A stretch of DNA of 64,000 nt from a virus: the IMG/VR virus record IMGVR_UViG_3300034190_001539, positions 37,286 to 101,285 of that record; one strand, 5' to 3'. Positions 54,996-63,311 of this stretch are shown here, one piece after another (the first letter of the stretch is position 1; every line of letters begins with the position of its first letter). The notes beneath the pieces were generated by a model. It was not told where the DNA came from. It worked only from the letters and a program-made list of their open reading frames with translations, and did no database searches. Made by a program: the position numbers and the translations under genes.

Positions 54996-56135
54996 TTATC
55001 TCACAACTTTAAATACGAAATCTTCATCAAAATATTGTATTGTCTCCTCGTCTGTTCCACTACCACTAACAACCTTAAATTCAAATTTATAATATCTTTC
55101 TGATTGAAACCCATTCATCCATAGATTAAAATAGTTTCCTGTGGAATCGCAACTTATAGCAGAGCCTGAACCAAATGGAATAATAACATCATCTGTCTGA
55201 TCGTCTATTACCGAATAGTAAGCACCATCACCACCAATCTGTTCTTTACTTGCGCTTGGAAAATATTTTACTGTCAAATATTCAGAGGCTGTATTTGAAT
55301 ATGATTTTGTAGGATAGCGACCTCTTCCAACTATTCTAAATTTTATTTTAGATTTTTCTTTATATTCAGGTCTTAAACTTTTCATATAGAAAACAGCATC
55401 TTCTAATTCAGCTGACGATAGTGGACTTAAAGAACCTGTACTAAATTTTGTATCATACCACTCAACTTCTAATTTTGGTGGGTAAATTGTATTGGTTTCT
55501 CTCGAAAAGAAAGAAAAGTTTCCTAACCTATCTTTACTTCCCTCATCTGTATTACTATCTAAATTTCCCAAACTACCACTTCTTTTGATTATAAAGCCGT
55601 TATTTGGATAAACTTTTGTTAGCCAATCACCTACTATAGGCGTAACATCCATTCTCATATCTCTCGTTTCAAATTCAAAAGATTGAGATGCGTATGATGA
55701 TGAGAACCAAGCACCACCTGAAGAAGAAACTGCGGCATCTTCTGCTCTTCCCCAATAAGTTTTCTCTGTAATACCATCTCTAAACTCCCAAGTTGCTCCT
55801 TCTTGAGTCTTTGGATTATCAGCTCTATATCCTTCACCTGGAACCCAACTAGCACTTATAGGATAAGCAAATAAAGATTGACTATATGATAATTCAGTTG
55901 GATTTGCATCATACATATTTAAATAAAATTTGGCATCACTAGCTATCTGTCCTCTAACCATTGACCTAGAAACTTCAGCTAAATCAAATTTAATTAGTAT
56001 TCGAGAAACTCTTACATTTCCACCTGACTGATTCATAGTTTTTTCTATTTCTAATATCTCATCAAGTCCTGTGTTTCTACTAGCAGAAGCTTGATATAAT
56101 GTAGTATCAAACTCTGGAAAAATAAAATAATGCAT
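54996..56135 (-). CDS. Baseplate-associated beta-sandwich protein (DNRLRE-like N-domain)
   Basis: DTTLY...RNTGLDEILEI...SRILIKFDL...NNGFIIK...FFSRETNTIYPPKLEV. Confidence 0.6.
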   Translation of the reverse strand: MHYFIFPEFDTTLYQASASRNTGLDEILEIEKTMNQSGGNVRVSRILIKFDLAEVSRSMVRGQIASDAKFYLNMYDANPTELSYSQSLFAYPISASWVPGEGYRADNPKTQEGATWEFRDGITEKTYWGRAEDAAVSSSGGAWFSSSYASQSFEFETRDMRMDVTPIVGDWLTKVYPNNGFIIKRSGSLGNLDSNTDEGSKDRLGNFSFFSRETNTIYPPKLEVEWYDTKFSTGSLSPLSSAELEDAVFYMKSLRPEYKEKSKIKFRIVGRGRYPTKSYSNTASEYLTVKYFPSASKEQIGGDGAYYSVIDDQTDDVIIPFGSGSAISCDSTGNYFNLWMNGFQSERYYKFEFKVVSGSGTDEETIQYFDEDFVFKVVR

Positions 56136-58084
56136 TAACTACCTCCCGCTGAATCACCAATTACTCTTCCCTCAATATCTATATTAGGATATTTTAGTTC
56201 AAAGCAACTTGGATCTAATGATGGATACACTATGCCATCTTGTGTGGCGCTCTTTATATCATAAAGGTTTCCAGAGTAACCACCTGATTCTAAAAATTTA
56301 TTTTCAATTAATACTGGTAAACCATCTGAATTATTTTCTTCAGGAGCAACTACAGCAGAAACTCCATCTGTCAAAGATATTTGATAAGCCAAATCAGCTA
56401 TTACAATTGGTTGTCCGATTTGCCACTTATCAACATCAAAGAAGTCTTTAACTTTTTGTATAGCTCTCAGAACAACTTCATCTTTATTATATCCTGCTTT
56501 AGTTAATAAATTAAATTTAACCCCTATGTTTATTACAAAAGCGTTTTGTATATTTACGGCATCAGTAACCATTCTGAATTGAGTTAGGTAAGTTTGTATA
56601 TTTTCTTTAACAGCTTTATTTACATTAGTCAATTTTTTACTAGCATCAAATCCTAATACATATAGATTAAGAGCTAATGGATTTATAACTCTATTATTAG
56701 AGTTTGCTCCTGCTTTACTATCTAATTGTGTGTCTTGAACAATGTAAGCCTTAGCAATATTTCCATATTTAGTTGGTAAAGCATACACTCTTGTTATATA
56801 ATCTTCTTTAGTTACTGCTCTTTGTTGTGCTTGAAAATATGCTAATGTATTATTTTTAACTTCTATAATACTCTCAGAGTCTTTACCACCAGTAGCTGGT
56901 ATGTTATTGTTTACAGCTATGGAAGCTCTTGTACTAGCTACTAATGATGAATTTAAACCTGATGTGTCTGTATTTACATTTATAGATTGTATACTTCTTA
57001 AAGTATTTGAATTTACATTATGTGAAAGACCACCACCATATCTATATGTGATTGTCAATTGAGTATTAGATGGCGCTTGTCCATACGCTTTTGTTGATAA
57101 AAAGTTAGAAGGATCAAAAGCAGTATTTAAATAAGTTGGAGAGCCAGGTAAAGATGAACCCACACTATCAGGATTTGGAATTATCTCTTCATCAGGGCTA
57201 TCCGATGTTCCAGCACCAAACCTTAATTCAGTTTTACCATCTTCTCTAATAAATGTTGTAAATCGTCTTGTTGTTTTTACTAACTTTAGCAAGTAAGGTG
57301 CTTGGTCTGCATAAGAATATAAATCATCATCATTTTCTTCTGTATTTTGCATATCATCAAACACTGTATCTTGCGCTAGAAAAGGAACTTCGTACCAACT
57401 ATTACCATCACTATCCGTACAAGAAATTATTTCTGTTATGTTAGAATTTGCTAAAGCTATTCTTGTATACTTTTCAGCCGTGTTAAATGTAAAAAATTCC
57501 TCAGCTATTGTACCGCTACTAGCTTTAACAGATTTTTTTAATAAGTAAGTTACAGGAACATTATTAGAACTTTCATAGATACTAATATCTAAAGGATCGT
57601 AAGAACTTGAAAATTTAAAATTACAATCTTCTTGCGTAATAAATGTTATACCTGTATCTGAAGTAACTTCCATTCCAGATTTGATTACCATAGAATATCT
57701 TAAATCAGGCACTGTGGTGTAACTACCACCTGCGCCAGCTGATAATGCAGGTACTGTTTGAAATACATCTAAATCTGTGACGCCTGGCGAAGATAATTTT
57801 GGTTTGTATCCTAACGACTGAGCCATATTGTATACAGTTCTTTTTTCTTCAGCAAAGGCTAATAAACTTTCTTTAAATTGATTATCTATATAGTAAGAAA
57901 GTACATCTCCAACATAAGATGCCATTTCTATAAACATCATACCTGGTGATGATTCATTAAAATCATTATATTCTTTTGGAAAATATATTTTAGTAAATTC
58001 AATCAGATTGTCTTTAAAAGATGTAAAATCTTTATTTAAGTATCTAACTTCCTTTACTGATTTTTTAGGTGTAGAATATGGCAT
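56135..58084 (-). CDS. gp6: Baseplate wedge subunit (T4 gp6 / baseplate J-like)
   Basis: YLNKDF, YNDFNESSPGMMFIEMASYVGDVLSYY, AQSLGYKP, ATGGKDSES, QRAVTKEDY. Confidence 0.9.
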   Translation of the reverse strand: MPYSTPKKSVKEVRYLNKDFTSFKDNLIEFTKIYFPKEYNDFNESSPGMMFIEMASYVGDVLSYYIDNQFKESLLAFAEEKRTVYNMAQSLGYKPKLSSPGVTDLDVFQTVPALSAGAGGSYTTVPDLRYSMVIKSGMEVTSDTGITFITQEDCNFKFSSSYDPLDISIYESSNNVPVTYLLKKSVKASSGTIAEEFFTFNTAEKYTRIALANSNITEIISCTDSDGNSWYEVPFLAQDTVFDDMQNTEENDDDLYSYADQAPYLLKLVKTTRRFTTFIREDGKTELRFGAGTSDSPDEEIIPNPDSVGSSLPGSPTYLNTAFDPSNFLSTKAYGQAPSNTQLTITYRYGGGLSHNVNSNTLRSIQSINVNTDTSGLNSSLVASTRASIAVNNNIPATGGKDSESIIEVKNNTLAYFQAQQRAVTKEDYITRVYALPTKYGNIAKAYIVQDTQLDSKAGANSNNRVINPLALNLYVLGFDASKKLTNVNKAVKENIQTYLTQFRMVTDAVNIQNAFVINIGVKFNLLTKAGYNKDEVVLRAIQKVKDFFDVDKWQIGQPIVIADLAYQISLTDGVSAVVAPEENNSDGLPVLIENKFLESGGYSGNLYDIKSATQDGIVYPSLDPSCFELKYPNIDIEGRVIGDSAGGS

Positions 58085-58096
58085 TACTCATCTCCA

Positions 58097-58522
58097 TTAA
58101 ATTATTTGTACTGCTTCATAGTTTCCAAAATCTAATGCCAGTTGTTCTTCTTCACTAACATCTGTAGCTAAACTAAATCTAATAGAAACATTTACAATAT
58201 TTTGATTAGCTTCAGAAAAGAGACTTTTTATTTCTATAATATTTACAAATGGTAAAAATTCATCTATAGCTGAAGTTATAGCTTCTTCTATCGCACTTTC
58301 TACATCACCCTCTTTTTCAAATAACACTCTTCTCAAATCACAACCAAATGTGGGATTACCTAACCTCTCACCTTTGTTTGTTGATAGAAGATTTTTGATA
58401 TTAGATCTTGTTTGCTCTAAAGAAGTTTTAGTTCTATTAAAGAATCCCGAATTACCATATGTTAGTGGTAATTCTATTCCAATATAAGTATCTGGATCTA
58501 AATCGTTTTGAAGTGCTCCCAT
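58097..58522 (-). CDS. gp25: Baseplate wedge subunit gp25
   Basis: NIKNLLSTNKGERLGNPTFGCDLRRVLFE...FLPFV. Confidence 0.92.
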   Translation of the reverse strand: MGALQNDLDPDTYIGIELPLTYGNSGFFNRTKTSLEQTRSNIKNLLSTNKGERLGNPTFGCDLRRVLFEKEGDVESAIEEAITSAIDEFLPFVNIIEIKSLFSEANQNIVNVSIRFSLATDVSEEEQLALDFGNYEAVQII

Positions 58523-59007
58523 TATTTATTGTCTCTCTTTTTTAAAGCTTTCATCACTCCACTATAATCTTTAGTCAAATCTTTCATTACTTCTTGTACT
58601 ACAGGATTTGATGTGTCAGCACCTGCTGCTTGTGCAGTTTGTACTGCGGCTACTTCTCTTCTAACTTTCTTATCACCGCCCATCATATTACCATATCCCA
58701 TAGCCTCAGCCATTTTTGTACTATCAAATGTTCCACCACCCATTGTCGGATACTCATCCATTTCTTGAGGATTGTTTGCTGTCTCATTTAAAATATCATT
58801 TAACACTGGATTGTTTGTGTATGTGACTTTTTTCTTCGGTTTTGGTTTTCGTTCAGGTAGAACTTCTATAACTGTATCCTCTACTAATGTAGACTTTTGA
58901 GCCATAGATTTCATTCCTTCCTTAATAAATATCTGCTTAACCTCTTTTTGTACTTCTTGTCGTACTATTTCTCTGATTAAACTTATTATTTTTTTAGTGT
59001 TTGCCAT
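58522..59007 (-). CDS. Hypothetical protein (LIREIVRQEV N-terminus; DYSGVMKAL C-terminus)
   Basis: 161-aa ORF with SD AGGAG and its own promoter motif. Confidence 0.65.
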   Translation of the reverse strand: MANTKKIISLIREIVRQEVQKEVKQIFIKEGMKSMAQKSTLVEDTVIEVLPERKPKPKKKVTYTNNPVLNDILNETANNPQEMDEYPTMGGGTFDSTKMAEAMGYGNMMGGDKKVRREVAAVQTAQAAGADTSNPVVQEVMKDLTKDYSGVMKALKKRDNK

Positions 59008-59024
59008 AGTAACTCCTGTTTTAT

Positions 59025-59032
59025 ATAAATAT
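59025..59032 (-). promoter_or_regulatory. Putative late promoter ATATTTAT
   Basis: Octamer upstream of the 59007 gene. Confidence 0.6.
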
Positions 59033-59033
59033 G

Positions 59034-59540
59034 CTAACTTAGCATCTTTTTGTTTTCTTCAGCAATTCTTTTTTGCGCTGCTCTTCTTGCTTTTTCTTTT
59101 CTAATTTTATTTCTTGTTCTTGTAAAAAATTTATCAAAATTGTCTAATATCTGTGGTGCAACATTTAATTCATCTCCTATATCTTTTATTTCTATTTTAA
59201 GTCTATCTATTATAAATTTTTGAGCAAATGCTATAGCTGCAGCTGCTGGATTTAAAGCCGAACCAATAGTAGAAGCCTTCTCTGTTGCTTCAGCAGCTTT
59301 TCTGCCTGAATCAAAGGATAATCGGATAGATTTAATTCTATCTATTGCATCTGAAACTTTTTGTTTAGCATCTTTAGCTTTTTCTATACTTACTTCAATT
59401 TCATTCACCGCCCCATCAGCTGCTTCACTTCCATTTCTATAAAGAGTTAGAGCGTTGTCTACTTTCTTATCTAATTTTTGTTTTTCTTTTTCAATAGAAT
59501 CATCTATAAGTTTCTTTAATGCGTCTGATGCTTTACTCAT
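59034..59540 (-). CDS. Hypothetical coiled-coil protein
   Basis: 168-aa helical ORF downstream of the gp5-like gene. Confidence 0.6.
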   Translation of the reverse strand: MSKASDALKKLIDDSIEKEKQKLDKKVDNALTLYRNGSEAADGAVNEIEVSIEKAKDAKQKVSDAIDRIKSIRLSFDSGRKAAEATEKASTIGSALNPAAAAIAFAQKFIIDRLKIEIKDIGDELNVAPQILDNFDKFFTRTRNKIRKEKARRAAQKRIAEENKKMLS

Positions 59541-59542
59541 AA

Positions 59543-60736
59543 TTATCCTTCTGTTTGAATATTTGGAACTTCTGTTCCTAAATCTTCTTTATCATCAGCT
59601 ATGAACACTGTTTTGCTAGATATTTTTGGTAATTGTTTTTGTTTAAGCACACCCAATTCTTCATTTAAAGTTTTAGCTGCTGCTCCTATTTGTTTTGGGT
59701 CTGATGATTTTTCTAACGTACTTAAAAAATCTTCTAAACTATCAAACACCCCTTCTAATAATTCTTCCAATTCGTTACTTTTTACCACACTATTAATAGC
59801 ATCAGGATCTCCTAAATTTATAGCTCCGCCTGATTCACCACCTGCTCCTATATTAATTTCATAGTTAGAAGCTAAATTTATATTTCTTGCAGCAAAAATA
59901 TGTATGTCACTATTATTACCTTTTCCATCACCCTTCGCATTAAAAACTAATTTATCAGAATTTAATGTAATCATATCTCCGCTCATAGAATTTCCAGCAA
60001 CAAGTGGTGGCCATCTCTTTGAGTCAGCGGATGGTTCTAATGACTCTATTTCTTTTAATTCACCTGATGTCACAAAAATAGAAGAACCATCTGAGTTTAT
60101 ATCTTGTTCGTGTGGAAAATGTTCATCAGCCACTTTTATATCAGGAACTGATTGTCTATTTGTAATTTTTATATTTGGGTACATATACTCTTTATCACTT
60201 CCCAATCTTAATCCATTACCAAATCTACCATTAAGAGAAACATCACCTTGCTCTGAATAAATTTTTCTGTTGTATTTAGTTCTCTGTGGTAAAACCAACC
60301 CCTCACCACCTTTTCCTGTAGCTCGATTCATATTTACTTTACCATACAAATTCAATGGTGGTGCATAATACAATTTTCCATCGTGAACAGTTACATTTAC
60401 CACCTCACCTTTTAGGGGATATGTTATTAAGTGGCTTGATAAAGGTTTTATAAAGCCATCTATTAAATCTCCTTCACTTTGACTATGTATAAACCTAGCC
60501 TTTATACAACCATAGAAAGACCAATCAGGAATATCTCTCAATGGATTTTGTTGTTTTATTTTAGGAAGATTATTTGAATCAATTAGAACTTGTTCAACAA
60601 TCGCAGGTTCTATTTCATAAAATTCAGAACTGTCATCTATATTATCTTTTAGTATTCTATATACATCTGAATAAGTGGTAAATCCTACATTTTCTGTTTC
60701 TCTATTTAAAGTTAAACTTGAATTACGAAATGCCAT
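59543..60736 (-). CDS. Baseplate hub/spike protein (gp5/VgrG-like OB-fold + beta repeats)
   Basis: YPLKGEVV OB-fold motif; QGDVSLNGRFGNGLRLGS; ITLNSDKLVFNAK; upstream of gp25-gp6. Confidence 0.65.
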   Translation of the reverse strand: MAFRNSSLTLNRETENVGFTTYSDVYRILKDNIDDSSEFYEIEPAIVEQVLIDSNNLPKIKQQNPLRDIPDWSFYGCIKARFIHSQSEGDLIDGFIKPLSSHLITYPLKGEVVNVTVHDGKLYYAPPLNLYGKVNMNRATGKGGEGLVLPQRTKYNRKIYSEQGDVSLNGRFGNGLRLGSDKEYMYPNIKITNRQSVPDIKVADEHFPHEQDINSDGSSIFVTSGELKEIESLEPSADSKRWPPLVAGNSMSGDMITLNSDKLVFNAKGDGKGNNSDIHIFAARNINLASNYEINIGAGGESGGAINLGDPDAINSVVKSNELEELLEGVFDSLEDFLSTLEKSSDPKQIGAAAKTLNEELGVLKQKQLPKISSKTVFIADDKEDLGTEVPNIQTEG

Positions 60737-61125
60737 TAGTTCTCAACTCTTTTAATATCTTCTTGTATCTCATCTGAATGACTTTGTAAGTCTGTAGCAG
60801 CATCTTCTATTGCTCCCATAAGTTGTTCTTTTTCAGCTTCAGATAAACCGAACTCTTCTTCAGAACCACCTTTAGATTCGGAAGCTATTATACGTTGTAC
60901 TATAGCGGCTACCTTTACTAATTGGTCATCATTTTTTACATTGATTTCTAAGTACTCTTTCAACATAGGAATAATCTGCACAGCCGTATCGCCGTCTTTT
61001 ATAAAGCCAGTAACCTCTTTCATAAGAACTTCTAATTGAGTTTTATTTCTTGTCGTATTGTCGTATATATCTTTGAATAAATCAGATAATGATTTACCAT
61101 CAAATATTTCATAGTCATTAGCCAT
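60736..61125 (-). CDS. Hypothetical helical protein (possibly small terminase-like)
   Basis: 129 aa, SD GAGG, late-promoter motif upstream; function is only a guess from size and helical pattern. Confidence 0.5.
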   Translation of the reverse strand: MANDYEIFDGKSLSDLFKDIYDNTTRNKTQLEVLMKEVTGFIKDGDTAVQIIPMLKEYLEINVKNDDQLVKVAAIVQRIIASESKGGSEEEFGLSEAEKEQLMGAIEDAATDLQSHSDEIQEDIKRVEN

Positions 61126-61168
61126 AATGTACCTCTTTATTGTAAAAAATTTAGATTTGTAGTTATAT

Positions 61169-61202
61169 ATAAATATTGATGTTTTTAACTTTTAATAAAT
61201 AT
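61169..61202 (-). promoter_or_regulatory. Two putative late promoter octamers ATATTTAT (61169-61176, 61195-61202)
   Basis: Octamers downstream of a terminator, at the start of the structural block. Confidence 0.55.
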
Positions 61203-61225
61203 ATATTAAATTTAATAAAGGGCAC

Positions 61226-61256
61226 AAAAAAAGGGAGTTTTTACTCCCTTTTTTTT
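61226..61256. terminator. Bidirectional Rho-independent terminator after the late sigma gene
   Basis: AAAAAAAGGGAGT-TTTT-ACTCCCTTTTTTT. Confidence 0.85.
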
Positions 61257-62061
61257 ATTGATTCTCTCTCATAAGAGAACCTGTGTAACTCACATCAACC
61301 ATACCAACCTTATCAAATTCGGATTGCAACCTTTTATTATATTTCTTCATAACATTTATGATTCGAGTGATATGCTGTGTGTTTGATCCTGTCATCTCAC
61401 GGATAAGAATATAAAGAGCTTTCTTATTAAAGTTCTCTATATTCTCTTTTATACGGAATATATGTAAAACTGCATCAGCAACTCTGATGTCTTTGTCTCT
61501 ACGGAAGATGTTAGTTAGGTTTGTATCCCAAAACCTATGTAACTCATCTATAAATAAAACCGACTTTTCAGAAGTTTCTGATGTGGAATTCTCACCCATA
61601 AGATTTCTTTTGTAATCTAATACCTTCATTTCAGAATGTATCTTACCCATTTTATAGTTCTTATTGTTATTAAGGATAAGATAGTTCTTAGCTACAATAC
61701 TAAAGTAGGAGAATGCTTTACCCTTACCCTCTTTAAATTTGTGCATATTCATAACTAAGAATGAGACTACTTCGTGTTTTACTTCAATAGAACCCACATC
61801 AAAGTAATAAAACTTAAATGTATGAATAATATTCTCAGCCAACTTATCAAAAGCAGCTCGAATATGTTCATTGTAAATTTTATTTCTTACATTTGCATCA
61901 TCCGTTTTATTGTATAGGATAATAGCATCTTCAGTTCCCTGATTGAAGTAATAATTTTTACCTTTCTTCTTTCTTTTCCTTTTGACAGGAGGTTTCTTTT
62001 TTGTTGCAACTTTTGTTGCCTTTGCTATTTCTGAACCTGATACTGTTGCTGTTGTAGCCAT
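61255..62061 (-). CDS. Late-transcription sigma factor (T4 gp55-like)
   Basis: NYYFN...KLAENIIHTFKFYY...HKFKEGKGKAFSYFSIVAKNYLI matches the sigma region-2 pattern of gp55 homologues. Confidence 0.75.
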   Translation of the reverse strand: MATTATVSGSEIAKATKVATKKKPPVKRKRKKKGKNYYFNQGTEDAIILYNKTDDANVRNKIYNEHIRAAFDKLAENIIHTFKFYYFDVGSIEVKHEVVSFLVMNMHKFKEGKGKAFSYFSIVAKNYLILNNNKNYKMGKIHSEMKVLDYKRNLMGENSTSETSEKSVLFIDELHRFWDTNLTNIFRRDKDIRVADAVLHIFRIKENIENFNKKALYILIREMTGSNTQHITRIINVMKKYNKRLQSEFDKVGMVDVSYTGSLMRENQ

Positions 62062-62321
62062 TATTGCTCTTCTCCTTTGAACCTATCTAACTGTTTGATT
62101 GTGTTTTTTATTTCATTAAAGATTACGCCGACCTCATCATCTGCTTCAAAATAACCTTTGTAATCTAATTTTTTTAAATCTATATTTACTTTATTAACTG
62201 TATTGATAAAATCTTCTACCCAATTCTCTAATAATTCTAACTTTCTAATTACATTCCATATTCCATAACACGAAGTTACGAATAAAAGTGATATAATTAC
62301 AAGACTTATTTCTAAAAACAT
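62061..62321 (-). CDS. Membrane-anchored hypothetical protein
   Basis: N-terminal hydrophobic helix; GYFEADDEVG motif. Confidence 0.6.
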   Translation of the reverse strand: MFLEISLVIISLLFVTSCYGIWNVIRKLELLENWVEDFINTVNKVNIDLKKLDYKGYFEADDEVGVIFNEIKNTIKQLDRFKGEEQ

Positions 62322-63083
62322 TTACTTATCTCCAAATAATTCTTCAAAAAGATCTTGTGATTTCGCACTTAACTTTGGTGATTGCTTAGGTTTCTCTTCG
62401 GTAGTAACCGCTTTCTTAAAGTTGTTACTTACTTCTTCATCTTCCCTTTGCCACTCATCAAACTCAATGTGTGTCGCCATCATATCTGCTTGGTGAAGTA
62501 TGTACGCTATATTGCTTTTTAAACTCCAATCGGGGTTGTAAGACATATAGTAAGATTTGTTCGCTTCTTCGTACATACCATCAGTTAATCGTAATCCGAT
62601 ATACTCCCATTGTGACATCGTAATACCGAAGTGATTTAAAATAAAAATAGCTCGGTCGGTGACTGTCATATATTGGAGATTCGGATTGTGTTTAAAGATT
62701 TCGCCTCTATTCTTACGATGCCATTCGGAGTCTTGTGGGATATAATAATCTTGATTTAAGTCACCTACTTTACCTAAGTCGTGGTGCATCGCAGCGAATA
62801 TGAGTTCTTCATCGGTAAAGTTAATCATAGCGCCATTAGACTCCCACAGCTTTTTAATTTGAATAGCACAATCAGTTACGTGTAGGACGTGTTCTACATA
62901 ACCACCAATCATAGCGTTATGGTAGGCAGCTTTTCCGCTTGCTGGCGCTGTAACCATCCTATCTTCAAAGTACTTATACATCTCTAAGAGTTTGTCTTTA
63001 CGCTCTCCCTCAAATGTATCCTCAATAAGTTTCATTAACTTATTCCAATTATCTACTATCTGTTGTTCTGTAAGTTGTTTCAT
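62322..63083 (-). CDS. HD-domain phosphohydrolase (YhaM-like)
   Basis: APAS...YHNA..GGYVEHVLHV; MHHDLGKVG; LHQADMMA. Confidence 0.85.
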   Translation of the reverse strand: MKQLTEQQIVDNWNKLMKLIEDTFEGERKDKLLEMYKYFEDRMVTAPASGKAAYHNAMIGGYVEHVLHVTDCAIQIKKLWESNGAMINFTDEELIFAAMHHDLGKVGDLNQDYYIPQDSEWHRKNRGEIFKHNPNLQYMTVTDRAIFILNHFGITMSQWEYIGLRLTDGMYEEANKSYYMSYNPDWSLKSNIAYILHQADMMATHIEFDEWQREDEEVSNNFKKAVTTEEKPKQSPKLSAKSQDLFEELFGDK

Positions 63084-63311
63084 TACTGACTCCTAAATCT
63101 TTCAAACCAATTATTGAATTCATCCATTCGGAAAAATACTCTTCTACTAATTTTAAAGTAAGGTAGCCCTTCTTCTAACATCCATCTTCTGAGTGTGGAT
63201 TTACTTATACCAAGTGTTTCAAGAATTACCTTCCTATCCATATACTCCATATCTTTAGAATATTTTAGAGTTGGTTTTCTGACAAGATCTTTTTCTGTAA
63301 GTTGTTTCATT
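63066..63311. repeat. 19-bp direct repeat TTCTGTAAGTTGTTTCATT at 63066-63084 and 63293-63311
   Basis: Both copies encode the start MKQLTE of adjacent genes. Confidence 0.85.
63083..63310 (-). CDS. Excisionase/AlpA-like HTH DNA-binding protein
   Basis: YMDRKVILETLGISKSTLRRWMLEEGLPYFKISRRVFFRMDEFNNW. Confidence 0.85.
   Translation of the reverse strand: MKQLTEKDLVRKPTLKYSKDMEYMDRKVILETLGISKSTLRRWMLEEGLPYFKISRRVFFRMDEFNNWFERFRSQ

Noticed and set aside
63083-63310. Prophage/lysogeny module suggested by the excisionase-like HTH
   Set aside because: No integrase, repressor or host genes in the window; context is a lytic T4-like genome.
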